DNA from: Fistulifera solaris
Taxonomy: Eukaryota
Direction of reading: 5' to 3'
Length of the DNA: 64,000 nt
Assembly (NCBI GenBank): GCA_030295235.1
Contig: AP026139.1
Span: 124,001 to 188,000, forward strand
Shown in pieces: positions 24,727 to 35,822 of the stretch. The translations under genes were made by a program, and so were the position numbers. Below the pieces are notes generated by a model. It worked only from the letters and a program-made list of their open reading frames with translations. It had not been told where the DNA came from and ran no database searches. Within the stretch, counting starts at the first letter, position 1; the number at the start of each line of letters is the position of its first letter.

Positions 24727-26592
24727 ATGATATACCGAAGATTCGCTTTATTATTATTCCCCATGACCGTGACGGCGTTCTCGGCTACCACCACGTTACT
24801 AACGAAAAAACCAACGGGCACGTCGTTTCTGCCGGAAGAGACCATCGATCGCGCCAAGGCCGGCTCTCCCATTGAAAAGATTAAATTAGAAAAAGATGGT
24901 AGTGCGGCATGGGTGGATGTGTATGAATATGCTCGTAAGATACGGGAAGGAGAAATGAGTTGGGAAGAAGTGGAGAAAGCAGATTTGGATACGGTAGGTT
25001 TCTTTCATTCGTCGTCGTCGTCGTCGATGACGACATGTCACATTATCTTGCTGCTTCTCTCGTTCGTTTCGTTTTCTCACTTACACACAATTCTCTTCAA
25101 TACTTTGTACTTACAACAGCGCCTCAAATACGTCGGCATGTTACATCGGAACAAACGAACACCCGGACAATTCATGATGCGTCTCAAGGTACCCAACGGT
25201 ATTGTCAACAGCGATCAAATGCGCTTTTATGCTTCTTGTGTGGAGAAATACGACAATGGTTGTGTTGATATCACTACTCGTCAAAACATTCAATTACGGG
25301 GCGTCCGACTCGAACATGCCGATGTCATTATTGAAGGACTACACGCCCGGAATCAAACGTCCTTTCAAAGTGCTCTAGACAGTGTCCGCAATGTCGTCGG
25401 CAGTCCCTTGGCGGGCATTGATGACCAGGAAATGGTCGATACTCGCGAATTGTGTAACGCCTTGAATGATTTGATCAGTTTGGATCCAGCGACACAAACA
25501 CGAGGCAACCCCGCGTACGCCAATTTGCCCCGCAAATTCAATATTGCCATTTCGGGGTCACGGGATGATTATGCGCATACACACATTAATGACATTGGGT
25601 TGGTCCCCACGCCACATGCGCAGACGGGAGTCATGGGATTCAATGTTGTGTTGGGTGGCTACATGTCCATTAAACGCGTTGCGGAAAGTGTGGATTCGAA
25701 TATGTGGATTCCGGCAGACCGGAACAGTGTAGTGACACTCTGTGAAGCCATACTTCGTCTCTTTCGGGATGAATCCGATCGGAAAGATCGGCAAAAAGCT
25801 CGTTTGTTGTGGTTGGTCGAAAAGTACGGAGTCGCGGCATTTAAAGAAGCCGTCATCCAAGAAGTCCAAAGCTACCAACGCGGAGTCACCATTGAAGACG
25901 CTCAACCCCTGCCTACAACACCCTTTCAACGTCGTGAATTGTTGGGTGTTCACCCCCAACCACAAGAAGGAAAAATGCGCGTTGGGATCCTTGTCCCAGT
26001 GGGGCGTTTGAGTGCCACCGAATGCCGTCAATTGGCCGATCTCGCCGATCAATATTCGGCGGGTGAAATCCGATTGACCGTGGAACAAAATGTCATTTTG
26101 CCCAACGTCGATGCCACACGAATCGATGCCTTGTTACAAGAACCGGCACTCACTTCAAAGGACTCGCGCTTTCAAGTGAATCCTGGTTTCATTGAAGGCA
26201 ACGTCGTCAGCTGTACCGGTGCGGAATTCTGTGGACTGGCTTTGATTGAAACCAAAGCCAATGCGGCCGCCATGGGTCAAGAACTCGAAAAGTTGGTAAA
26301 AGTGGATCGTCCCATCCGCATTCATTGGACGGGCTGTCCCAATTCGTGTGCTCAAGTCCAAGTCGCCGATATTGGCATCATGGGAGCACCGGCCCGGAAG
26401 GAAATCAATGGTAAGAAAGTGGCCGTACCGGGATGCAAGATTTTTGTCGGTGGACGCATCGGTGAAGATGCCCACTTGGCGATCGATCCGGTGCAAGAGG
26501 CTGTACCGCTGGAAGACTTGATTCCGGAATTGGTGAAAATCTTGAAGAGTGAATTCGGCGCCGTGGATGTTTTAGTAGACAAACAAAATTGA
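24727..26592 (+). CDS. nirA: Ferredoxin-dependent nitrite reductase, plastid-targeted, one 126-bp intron
   Basis: FMMRLKVPNG, ITTRQNIQL, NLPRKFNIA, HINDIG, RQKARL, siroheme/4Fe-4S ligands SCTGAEFC and TGCPNSC; signal …VTA-F; intron 24994-25119. Confidence 0.95.
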   Translation: MIYRRFALLLFPMTVTAFSATTTLLTKKPTGTSFLPEETIDRAKAGSPIEKIKLEKDGSAAWVDVYEYARKIREGEMSWEEVEKADLDTVGFFHSSSSSSMTTCHIILLLLSFVSFSHLHTILFNTLYLQQRLKYVGMLHRNKRTPGQFMMRLKVPNGIVNSDQMRFYASCVEKYDNGCVDITTRQNIQLRGVRLEHADVIIEGLHARNQTSFQSALDSVRNVVGSPLAGIDDQEMVDTRELCNALNDLISLDPATQTRGNPAYANLPRKFNIAISGSRDDYAHTHINDIGLVPTPHAQTGVMGFNVVLGGYMSIKRVAESVDSNMWIPADRNSVVTLCEAILRLFRDESDRKDRQKARLLWLVEKYGVAAFKEAVIQEVQSYQRGVTIEDAQPLPTTPFQRRELLGVHPQPQEGKMRVGILVPVGRLSATECRQLADLADQYSAGEIRLTVEQNVILPNVDATRIDALLQEPALTSKDSRFQVNPGFIEGNVVSCTGAEFCGLALIETKANAAAMGQELEKLVKVDRPIRIHWTGCPNSCAQVQVADIGIMGAPARKEINGKKVAVPGCKIFVGGRIGEDAHLAIDPVQEAVPLEDLIPELVKILKSEFGAVDVLVDKQN

Positions 26593-26805
26593 GTGACCAA
26601 ATTGAGTGATAAAATGTATAAGCTATAATGCAAACGATTGGAACGAAATAGGTATTCTCGTTCCATAGATTCGGCACGACCTACGTTTACACATAGCGAT
26701 TGTCTCTCTCATTTTTCCTGAATGAATGAGTCTTACTATAAATACGAAAGAGTCCAAATACTCGTAATACTAGCAGTGCCCCCTACATTCTAGAGTGATC
26801 ATCCC

Positions 26806-27387
26806 TTACGCCGCATACTTTCTCGCTTCTTCTTGAATTCGTCTCTTGTATTTCGCCCGATCCTTGACGTACATGGTATATGCCTCCGATTGTGCCGGAC
26901 TATCGGGATTTGGTTCATCGAGCAAGTCTTGAATCCCCGTCAAAATTTGTCGAATGTTAATGCCCGGACGCCAACCTTCTTCTTCGTTCAGAATCGACAA
27001 ACAAACGGTTCCGGAGGGATACACGTTGGGATGAAAGAGCGGGGTGTAAATTTGCCTATGGAAAAAAGACGCAAAAGAAAAGAAGCACGATGAAACGAAC
27101 GGTGAGTCCAACACACAAAGCGAGTCGCCTCAATCGTGATTGTTTTTTTTTCTGTGTGTCTTACATTTCGGAGGACGCGCCGGATAATCTTCCGGAAATT
27201 CCATAATCACTTTATAGACACCGCCTTCCCAGTCCGTATTTTTCTTCCCCGGAATTCCTGCCGTCCATTTGAACATATTCATCGATCCGTCCGCCAACGT
27301 GTCGGGTTTCGCCCAAAAGCCGACGGGATGATTGCGTCGCCAGTCTTTGCGTTCTTCGCGCAAGCGTCCCATGGCAATGCCTGACAT
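26806..27387 (-). CDS. UBC9: SUMO-conjugating enzyme UBC9, 2 exons
   Basis: [55 protein letters not shown]; intron 27056-27164; one base missing in the G run at 27041-27044. Confidence 0.95.
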
Positions 27388-27811
27388 GATACTAATAATT
27401 AGTAGTAAAGAGATCACACAAAGAAAGTTGAGAAAGAGAGAGAGAGAGATGAGAGACAGTCTTTCAAGAAGGAATCAAGTAGAAAGGTGAAATAAATGAT
27501 TGTAATAAGCAGCGCAATGCGAGGCTTTTGACGTATTCCGGCTTTCGTTATTTGCCGCGCCTTTTTGGTAGACTGCGCTCCTGAATGATCGTACCGGTAT
27601 CCGAAACTACAGACAACACCTGGAACTGGTTTTCAAGGGAGGTGCGTAGTGCGTGGTGCATAGCGACGTTCAGATGATGAACAGGAAAAAAAATTGAGGA
27701 TGGAAGCGTACATTACTGAATATTTGGTCTCTTGTAAAAAGACAATCATTTGGGCTTAATAAAACTAACTAGAAAACCGAATTGAAGTTACATTGTACAG
27801 TCTGGCTAGGC

Positions 27812-27903
27812 AAAATCATAATTCATGACTGAAATGCAGTCGTAGGAAAAGGTCGCCTTCACTTTGGGGCTATAGTAATTAGGGAAGACAACGGTCCGCC
27901 AGG
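27812..27903 (+). repeat. Dispersed intergenic repeat, copy C
   Basis: TTCATGACTGAAATGCAGTCGTAGGAAAAGGTCGCCTTCACTTTGGGGCTATAGTAA…GACAACGGTCCGCCAGG. Confidence 0.75.
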
Positions 27904-28179
27904 CTTTCGAGTACTAGTAAAAATGATCGACGCATGCATAACAGTGTATGTTGACTTTCTTTTGATTGCTGATTTTACATTATAGATCAGCAAACGAGCA
28001 GAATTGGTTAGGCTGCAGTCTGCCTTGAAACATGTTGACAAAAGACTTTGGGATTATAGTAAGTCGTAAATAGAGGCATGCATTGCAAGCGTTGCTGAAA
28101 CTAAAAGCATCGTGTTCAAGATCAATGGAGCGTACCAGACTTGAAACGCTACCGGAGGTTAGGTAGCAATCATGATTGT

Positions 28180-28242
28180 CAAATCCCAGTTCGTGTCTGA
28201 AAGGCAGTCGTGGTAATAAATCGAAAACACTCTTGCGGGCTA
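28180..28242 (+). repeat. Dispersed intergenic repeat, copy D (more diverged; 368 bp after copy C)
   Basis: TTCGTGTCTGAAAGGCAGTCGTGG…TCG…CACTCTTGCGGGCTA aligns with copy C. Confidence 0.5.
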
Positions 28243-28461
28243 AGATGCAAGCAACGATTTCTCTTGTCAATGGAGCCCAAGACAATTGCATGGTATATTG
28301 TAGTTGAGGAGGAGTTGGAAAGACCTTGGAGAGGTTAAAAATTATGGAAAGTAACACCTCTCTGTATTGATGCATAGACTGTCTACTACAGTAATTCTTC
28401 GCTCCATAAAAAATACTGTAACAAACCAGGTTTACAATGAAAACTAAAATGCAATCTATGA

Positions 28462-31015
28462 TCAAGCGACAACAGGATCACGAGGAGGATCAACGACTAG
28501 CGCATCCTCTCCTTTAGTCTCTTGGGTAGTGGGATCGTGGTTGCGGAGAATAACAATATCATTCATGTCATCAGAAAGAAGATTGCTACTCCGCCATCCA
28601 TACGGTGCGTGGCCTTGTTTCTGCTGTTTCTGGGCTTCGGCTCGCGTCATGACCATGACCGTATCACCTTCTTGTAATGAACCTTCCAACAGTAAATAAC
28701 TCAGCGGATTTAACAATTCCTTGTTCAAAGTGCGCTTCAGTGGACGGGCTCCGTAACGAATGTCGTATCCCATTTCGGCTAAGGCGTTCTTGGCATTCTC
28801 ACTGATGTGTAGCTGCATGTTCTGATTACCTTCGAGCCGTTCTGTGATTTGTGTCAAATTCATGTCCAAAATGGCGTTCATATTGTCACGTTGCAAACGA
28901 TTGTAGATCACCACTTCATCCATACGATTGAGTAGCTCAGGACTAAGTGTACCTCGGACCACTTGCATAATAGCTTCTTGCACGGAAGGATCCGTGCTTT
29001 GCACCGAATCGGGCAAGCCAGCGAGTGTCTGTGCCCCCATGTTACTCGTCATAATGCAAATCACATTGCGAAAATCCACTCGTCTCCCGTGAGCGTCCGT
29101 CAATCGGCCTTCATCGAAGAGTTGAAGCAGCAAGTTCCACACGTCCGGATGTGCTTTTTCAAATTCATCCAACAATAGCACTTGATAAGGTCGTCGGCGT
29201 ACGGACTCAGTGAGGAAACCCGCCTCATCGTAGCCAATGTACCCGGGAGGTGCTCCTATGAGACGACTCACGGTATGCTTCTCTCCGTATTCGCTCATGT
29301 CGATACGAGTCATGGCATTTTCGTCGTCGAATAGAAATTGCGCCAACGCTTTCGCTGTTTCTGTCTTACCGACGCCAGTAGGTCCCAAAAATAGAAAGTT
29401 GCCAAGTGTTCTATCGTGAGCTTGCAATCGGGTTCGCGCCAAGCGAACGCAGTTGGCCACGGCTGTCAATGCGTGGTCTTGTCCCACGACACGTTGACGT
29501 AATTCCTCTTCTAAATGAAGTAATTTTTGAGATTCTTCTGCACCGGTTATTTTCGAAACGGGAATTCCGGTGTGCCGTGACACAATCGCCGCAATAGCCT
29601 CAGCTGTCACGGCATCAGCGAGCATCTTAGGATGAGAGGAAATGGTTTGCTCAACACGTTCTAATTCATGTTGCAAATTAGGAATGGTGGAATGCATCAA
29701 TTCACCCGCCTTGGCAAAGTTTCCTTGTCGACGAGCTTGTTCCAAGGCCACTTGAGCATCCTGTAAATCTGATTGTAGCGTTTTGACACGTTCCAATTCC
29801 GCTTTTTCTGCTTCCCATTCTTGCGTTAATCGCGCTTGTTCGGCTTGAAGTTCTTTTACCTGTGCGGTTACTTCCTTGAGACGAAGAACTGATTTCGCGT
29901 CCTGCTCTTGTTCTAAAGCGCTCTTTTCAATTTGCTTCGTCAACAAGTTGCGTTCAACATTCCACAGCACCTCCGGTTTACTTTCTTGTTCCAATCGGAG
30001 CCGGCTAGAAGCTTCATCAATGAGATCAATGGATTTGTCAGGTTGTTGTCGATCCGTCAAATAACGATCCGACAAATGTACCGCCGCCACCAAAGCTTCG
30101 TCTTGAATCCGCAATCCGTGATGCAATTCATACGATGTCTTTATACCGCGTAGGATGCTCAACGTGTCTTCAATATTGGGTTCGTTGACGTACACCGACT
30201 GAAACCGGCGCGCCAGAGCCGCATCTTTTCCAGAATCCGATATTCATCCAAAGTGGTAGCTCCGACTAACTGCAAATCCCCACGCGCCAATGCCGGCTTC
30301 AACAAATTCCCCATATCCATACTCCCCTCACCTTTACCGGCACCCACCATAGTATGCAATTCATCTAAAAACAAAATCACATTCCCTTGAGCTTGTTCCA
30401 CATCCCGCAAAACTCCTTTCAAACGCTCTTCAAATTGTCCCCGAACTCCGGCTCCCGCCATGAGCGCCGCTAAATCCAACGACAAGACCTGTTTGTGTTT
30501 CATACTTTCCGGCACATTCCCCGATTGGATGCGCGCCGCAATGGCTTCGGCAATCGCCGTTTTGCCCGTACCGGCATTCCCAATCAAGACCGGGTTGTTT
30601 TTCGTACGACGGGCCAAAATTTGCAAACAACGTCGGATTTCCTCTTCACGGCCTATCACCGGATCTAATTTGTTTTGTGCCGCGAGTGCCGTTAAATCGA
30701 CTGTGTACTGTGAATGAGAGTGAAAAGAAGGAGGGAATGAATGAGTCCTTGAAAAAAAACACTTTTCTAATCTTACAAACTGGATTGACACAAAAATATA
30801 TGTACCTGCTCCAAATAATGACCAGCTTTGTTGCTCTCTGGGTGCATCCATGGAGGAAGCATGCCGTTGTTGGATGACAAGCATCGTGATGCGACGAACA
30901 CGGGCTGAGACGGAAGCAATAGGCGATCGCTACGAAGGGCCGTCATCGTGGGAGCGAGACGACGGGAAACCACCCGCGCTGTGCGGGGATTTCGAACCAG
31001 TCGCGACAATAGCAT
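28462..31015 (-). CDS. clpB: ClpB/Hsp78-type AAA+ disaggregase, probably mitochondrial
   Basis: [35 protein letters not shown], coiled-coil M domain, [24 protein letters not shown]; Arg-rich presequence and no Clp N-domain; intron ~30709-30805; break ~30226. Confidence 0.93.
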
Positions 31016-31290
31016 TCCTTTTGTTTGATATGATGAGTGATGAATAGGAATCTTCAAAGAATGAAAGAAACCGCAAAATAATAATGAAAGAATGGATCCA
31101 TTATCTTCAGAAGAAGAAGTCGTGGAAATAATGCGAAGCCTTTTCTGTGACAAGATCAATCACATGCGAGGAACTGCCACGTGGAAGTCAATAGTTTGAC
31201 TAAAGTACGGAGTGGCAGTAGGCAGTAGTAGTCATCAGCTTCCATGCGACGTGAGCACGGATCATCCCTTTTCGCATCAAAACCTTGCGT

Positions 31291-32584
31291 TCAAAACTCA
31301 TCATGCTGGTTGGCGTCTTCGTTCTCGGAACACAATTCACACGTCTTTCGACATTCTTCTCCCATGAAGACAGGATTCTTTCGACATTCTCCTTGACTTT
31401 TCCTATAAGAAAAGAGAAAATATAGTGAGAATGAGATGCTGTTAGCGTGACTCTGCACCACAGACACGACGCACCAAAAACCACAATGCCCCGACAAATC
31501 ATAACACGTCTTTCGTTCAATGATCATGACTTGTGGACTGGTATCGTTGGTAATCTTCCAACTCGCCAAACACGTATGGTCGGTCAACTTGTAGCGTCCG
31601 GGGGAATCACGTCGCGTATCGACCCGTGCATCGCGAATCCACCATTCGTGTGACAACATGGATCGGTGAGTCGCTTGTTCTCCCGCCTGTAAGGTCATTT
31701 TGATGTGCGCTCGATTGCCGTGAATCCAATACACTTCCACCGGATGATCGTGTTGATTGATGAATTGAATATCGACTTCGAGTTGTTCCCATACCCACTT
31801 ATCGAACGTTTGTCGATTCTGCGTTGTGAGTGTTTGGAAGGAACTGAGTTGGAGCGGCTCGCCGCGTCGGGCCAAAAAAGAAGACAGGTTCGGTGAGTGG
31901 CGCCGTGAGGCCAAAAAACTGTGCCAGGGGATGTTTGGGTGTGTGATACCGAATTTGTACCGTTTGTAACAAATCTTCCCACCAAATTCCTTGACTCGAC
32001 ATACCGGCAAAGGGATACGGAAAGACCATTTCATCATTGACCTGCGTTTCAATCGTTCCGGGTTGTACGAACGAAATCAATAAGCTACGTTCGAGTACAT
32101 CCGCATCATTCAAGATGATGATTTGCAATTGTTCCAAACTGACGACGTGCAAGACCCGTGATTGGGCCTGTTGAACATCGAAGCGATCTTTTAATCGTTG
32201 TGGACGAGCATATTTCCAAGTAAAAGTCCATTGTTGTTTCTGTTGTTGTTGATGATGATGATGTTGTTGATGGCTTTCGGACGTTCGTCCAGTTCGGTCG
32301 TAGCGTTGTCGTGAGGATGCGTCACTCAATATTTCAAATGCTCGGGCGACTTGACGAAAATTTTCCGCCGCTTCTTCCGCCGGTAAGTGAGTATTCTTGT
32401 CAGGATGAGTATCCAAGGCTTTCCGGCGATAGGCCTGCTTGATTTCTTTGGTGGTGGCGTGGCGCGTGACTCCGAGGATTTCGTACAAGTTGGTGGTTTC
32501 TTGTGGTGCGATGATGGGAAGTAGTAGTAGTAGTAAAGCGGTTGCGATGAAGCCGTTGTAGCAAAAATAGAATAACGACTTCAT
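31291..32584 (-). CDS. ER-lumen DnaJ protein with C-terminal ShKT-like domain and HDEF retention signal
   Basis: Signal peptide, J domain (LYEILGV…HPDKN…FEILSD), CYDLSGHCGFW|KSQGECRKNPVFMGEECRKTCELC, ends NQHDEF; intron 31403-31474; break in the A run at ~31874-31880. Confidence 0.82.
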
Positions 32585-32911
32585 TTTGTTACTACGGTTG
32601 GAGAAACAAGAAAGGTAATTTCCATGGTGGGGTTGTTTTGTGCTCGATTTCAGCTTTTGTGCCGATCTCAGCGCATTCTTTTTTTTTTGTTCCTTTCATC
32701 GGCGCGGGTCTTTTGGGGATTTCGTCGTCAGTTTTCTGGCTTTAAGAAAACCCGGAGGTTATCAAAATTTTGGTACGGTCAATTGCAAAATTAATTCTCA
32801 AGTATTTCATTCCATATCAAGCACTTTCTTTAAACAGTATAGACTTAACTTGTTTAATCGAAAGGAAAGGCAGATGCGTTGACGAGAATGACGAGTTTTG
32901 CGTAGACTACG

Positions 32912-33003
32912 AAATCTTGATTCATGACTGAAATCCAGTCACTGTTAAGTTGATACCACACTTTGGGTTTATAGTGAACACTGGGGACAACTATCCGCAA
33001 GGA
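32912..33003 (+). repeat. Dispersed intergenic repeat, copy E
   Basis: TTCATGACTGAAATCCAGTC…CACTTTGGGTTTATAGTGAA…GACAACTATCCGCAAGG. Confidence 0.75.
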
Positions 33004-34126
33004 TGTTTGACGTAACTGAATCCATGCGCGCATTGCAATGGTGCTAAATGAAATTTCGTTTTTATTTCAACATTTTAGGTTTAAAAATGTGGTAGAATGA
33101 GCGGAATTGAGTGATGAACGGTCTATTCTATTTGAAGATGAGTTTACAGGCCCTGATCTAGAGTGTAGAAAGTATGCATCCCTATTCGAGTGCACAAGGC
33201 TTATTGTTCGATAAGCGCTTCTTAAAGAGCGACCATCGCTCCGTCTGTCGAAACGAGCTGAAAAGAGAAAGAGAAGGTTTTTGAGATCACGTGTGTTTCA
33301 ACAAAAACAAAACATGAACAACTGCAGCCACGCGCACGAATGACAACATCAGGGTATATTAAAGTTGAATTTTGTAAAAAAAAGTCTTCAAAAATCTTCA
33401 GATGCCAGTAGTCAATGGTCACAATAAGATTTTCGTCATTTGTTGTCATTCGACGACGATATTCGTCGCGTGCAGAGAGATAATTCCATCAGACAGTACG
33501 AATAACAACAGGGTTCTTCTCATAACACGGATAATAGTGTTCTGAAGGTGTCCTAAGATTTCTATCTTCCTTTGGAATCTCTCTTGTTTTGCGAGGATCA
33601 CTCACTGTAAACGAAAAAAAAAGTAATTGTCCACATACGATGGATTCAGGCTCATTATATCAGTGTGTTTTGTTTCGATCCTTGTGATCCTTTTGGCTGT
33701 TTTTTAATATCAAGTACACAGCAATGACTATATCAAATACAGTTCAATGACTAACTTACAGCTGATTGAATAAGAATCGATAGGAATAGCAACCAAATAA
33801 CTCGATGATTCGGAAGTCGGTGATGTCTTGTTGTGATAAGACAACGAGTTGCACTCCGTAAAATGTTTGTTGTGTTTTGGATTTTGGATATTGAATGGCG
33901 GCATTACGGGCGCCGTACGATGGCCAGAACAACCAAAAATCCTTCCGTTTCCCTGACCATCTTCCGTGTTGTCGTCAGCAGATCCGTTCATTATTTTTTG
34001 CGACAGCTGCTTTTTTTCTACCGCGACATTATCGACACTCGATTCATAAAAAAACAAACGTGTCGTTTCACTAAAGGACAGTCCTATCAACAACCAGAAG
34101 TTTACAACCATATATACACAACAAAC

Positions 34127-34782
34127 ATGTTCTTCAGTACTAGTCTCGCCGTATTCCGTCGTACGATCCCGCAATTCCGTTCGTTTGCGACGAAAGAATA
34201 CGGAACAGTCAAATGGTTTGATATCAAGAAAGGATTCGGTTTCATTACACCACAAGATGGTGGAAAAGATGTATTCGTGCATCAAACTGTAATTCATGCG
34301 AATGGATTTCGATCTTTGGCGGTGCGTATTCTCGTAAATGTGGGTTTTCAAGAGAAAAATCCGCTCTCAACCTTTCACGACATTTGTCATCTATTTTATA
34401 CTTTTTTTCTTTTCTTTTCGTTCATGGCGTTTCCTTTTACAATGAACTCGGCATCTTTTGCTACATTTTCAATTTTGTACAATTTTTTTTCGCTGTATTC
34501 TACAAATCATCACAATATCTCTGTGCTCGATTTCTTCAGGAAGGCGAAACGGTCGAATATACGGTCCAACTCGACGAAACCGGCCGTCTCAAGGCTACTT
34601 TGGTGACGGGTCCGATGGGTGCCTTTGTACAAGGAATGCCCAAACCAAGTTTCCGTTCCAATGACAATACAAATTATGGTTTTGGTAATACATCGAAGAA
34701 CAGCGATTTTGACGATGAATGGACGAAGGAGAGTCCGGCGGACTACGAGGAAACAAAGTCGGACAATTCGTACAAGAATTAA
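34127..34782 (+). CDS. Cold-shock domain protein, probably mitochondrial, 2 exons
   Basis: [15 protein letters not shown]…DVFVHQT…GFRSLA|EGETVEY…VTGP; intron 34322-34539; presequence [21 protein letters not shown]. Confidence 0.92.
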
Positions 34783-35822
34783 AGAATGAAATTGTTGACA
34801 CCTCTGAATAGAAAATAATGCAATGATCCATCAGCTCTTGTTCTTTTCGTTATTGCCATTCATTTGTATTGTAGGTCGTCGAGGAATGCTTTCAACAGAA
34901 TTCTGATTGATTGCAATCAACAAAATTCGTCGAGCTATTCTCTGACCGAATTCATCCAGGGTGGCATTATCGAGGAAGCATCGTTTCGTGGGTGATTTTG
35001 ACCTATTTAACAATGATGATCCTTCACACTTGGATCGGCGGCTCCAGCACGGACCATTCTGCTGAGGGATGAGGAGGAGTACTTAGCTTCTTTTTTTTCA
35101 AGTATATAACCTAACATTTAGCTGGGCGTCCAGCCTTCGTCGGGCTAGAGAGCTCAGTTTCAGCTCGTAGCGCTACCAGTACGGAACTGATTTACGAAGA
35201 GAACACGAAACGCGAATGAATCATCATCAACAAGATCCCCTCTCTCGACTGGGACGTCTGACTACTTTTTGGGTCAGTGACGGTAGACGGTAGTGTGTCG
35301 TTCTTGGTGCGCCATTGCGCGACGCGCCACGTAGTCACGTGAAAATGACTGGTTCTCGTGGTCGAACGACACACTTCCAACGTCATTTTGCACGCGCGAA
35401 ATCTGCGCGCGTGAGCACTCTGGCGGAAACAGTGCGAACGGACCTTGGTGCCAACGACACGCCCACCATTCAACTCGTTTTTTTTTTTTCGCCCCATAGC
35501 CATCGGACCCTTTCTTTCCATTATTTTCTCGTATCACGTGATTTTCGAACGAGGTATGTCTTTGGAAAAGAGCTTGCTATGCCTGTTTTGTTTGTGTTTT
35601 TTTAGTCGGCGACGAGGCTACGAAACATAAAATGTAACATTGATAGTTTCTCTTGCCGGAAGTGTTTGTTGGCGGAGATACTTTTCTGAAGGAATGACGA
35701 ATCTTCTGTCATTTTTGCGCTTTCTGTACCCGATGGTTCTAACGTCACTTTTCTAATTTTTTATTCTACAAATTACTTTCGATTTTAGAAAAGTTCAGAT
35801 TTTGAATATTTGTAAAATCATC

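Noticed and set aside
1..26592. PFL, ilvD and nitrite reductase as an anaerobic or nitrogen metabolic cluster
   Set aside because: They are separated by unrelated genes, and the NiR is the assimilatory plastid type; no evidence of functional clustering.
27980..28465. 161-aa ORF sharing DLLPRL.F.HE with ORF 6428-6676
   Set aside because: The similarity comes from the dispersed DNA repeat; other copies lack an open frame, so it is not called a gene.
6440..33003. Hairpin repeat copies as a possible CRISPR or regular array
   Set aside because: Copies are kilobases apart, diverged and in both orientations; no cas genes; eukaryotic context.
35100..35180. TATA-like box followed by three short hairpins, possible tRNA or snRNA
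   Set aside because: No cloverleaf, no T-loop GTTCRA and no recognisable snRNA signature.
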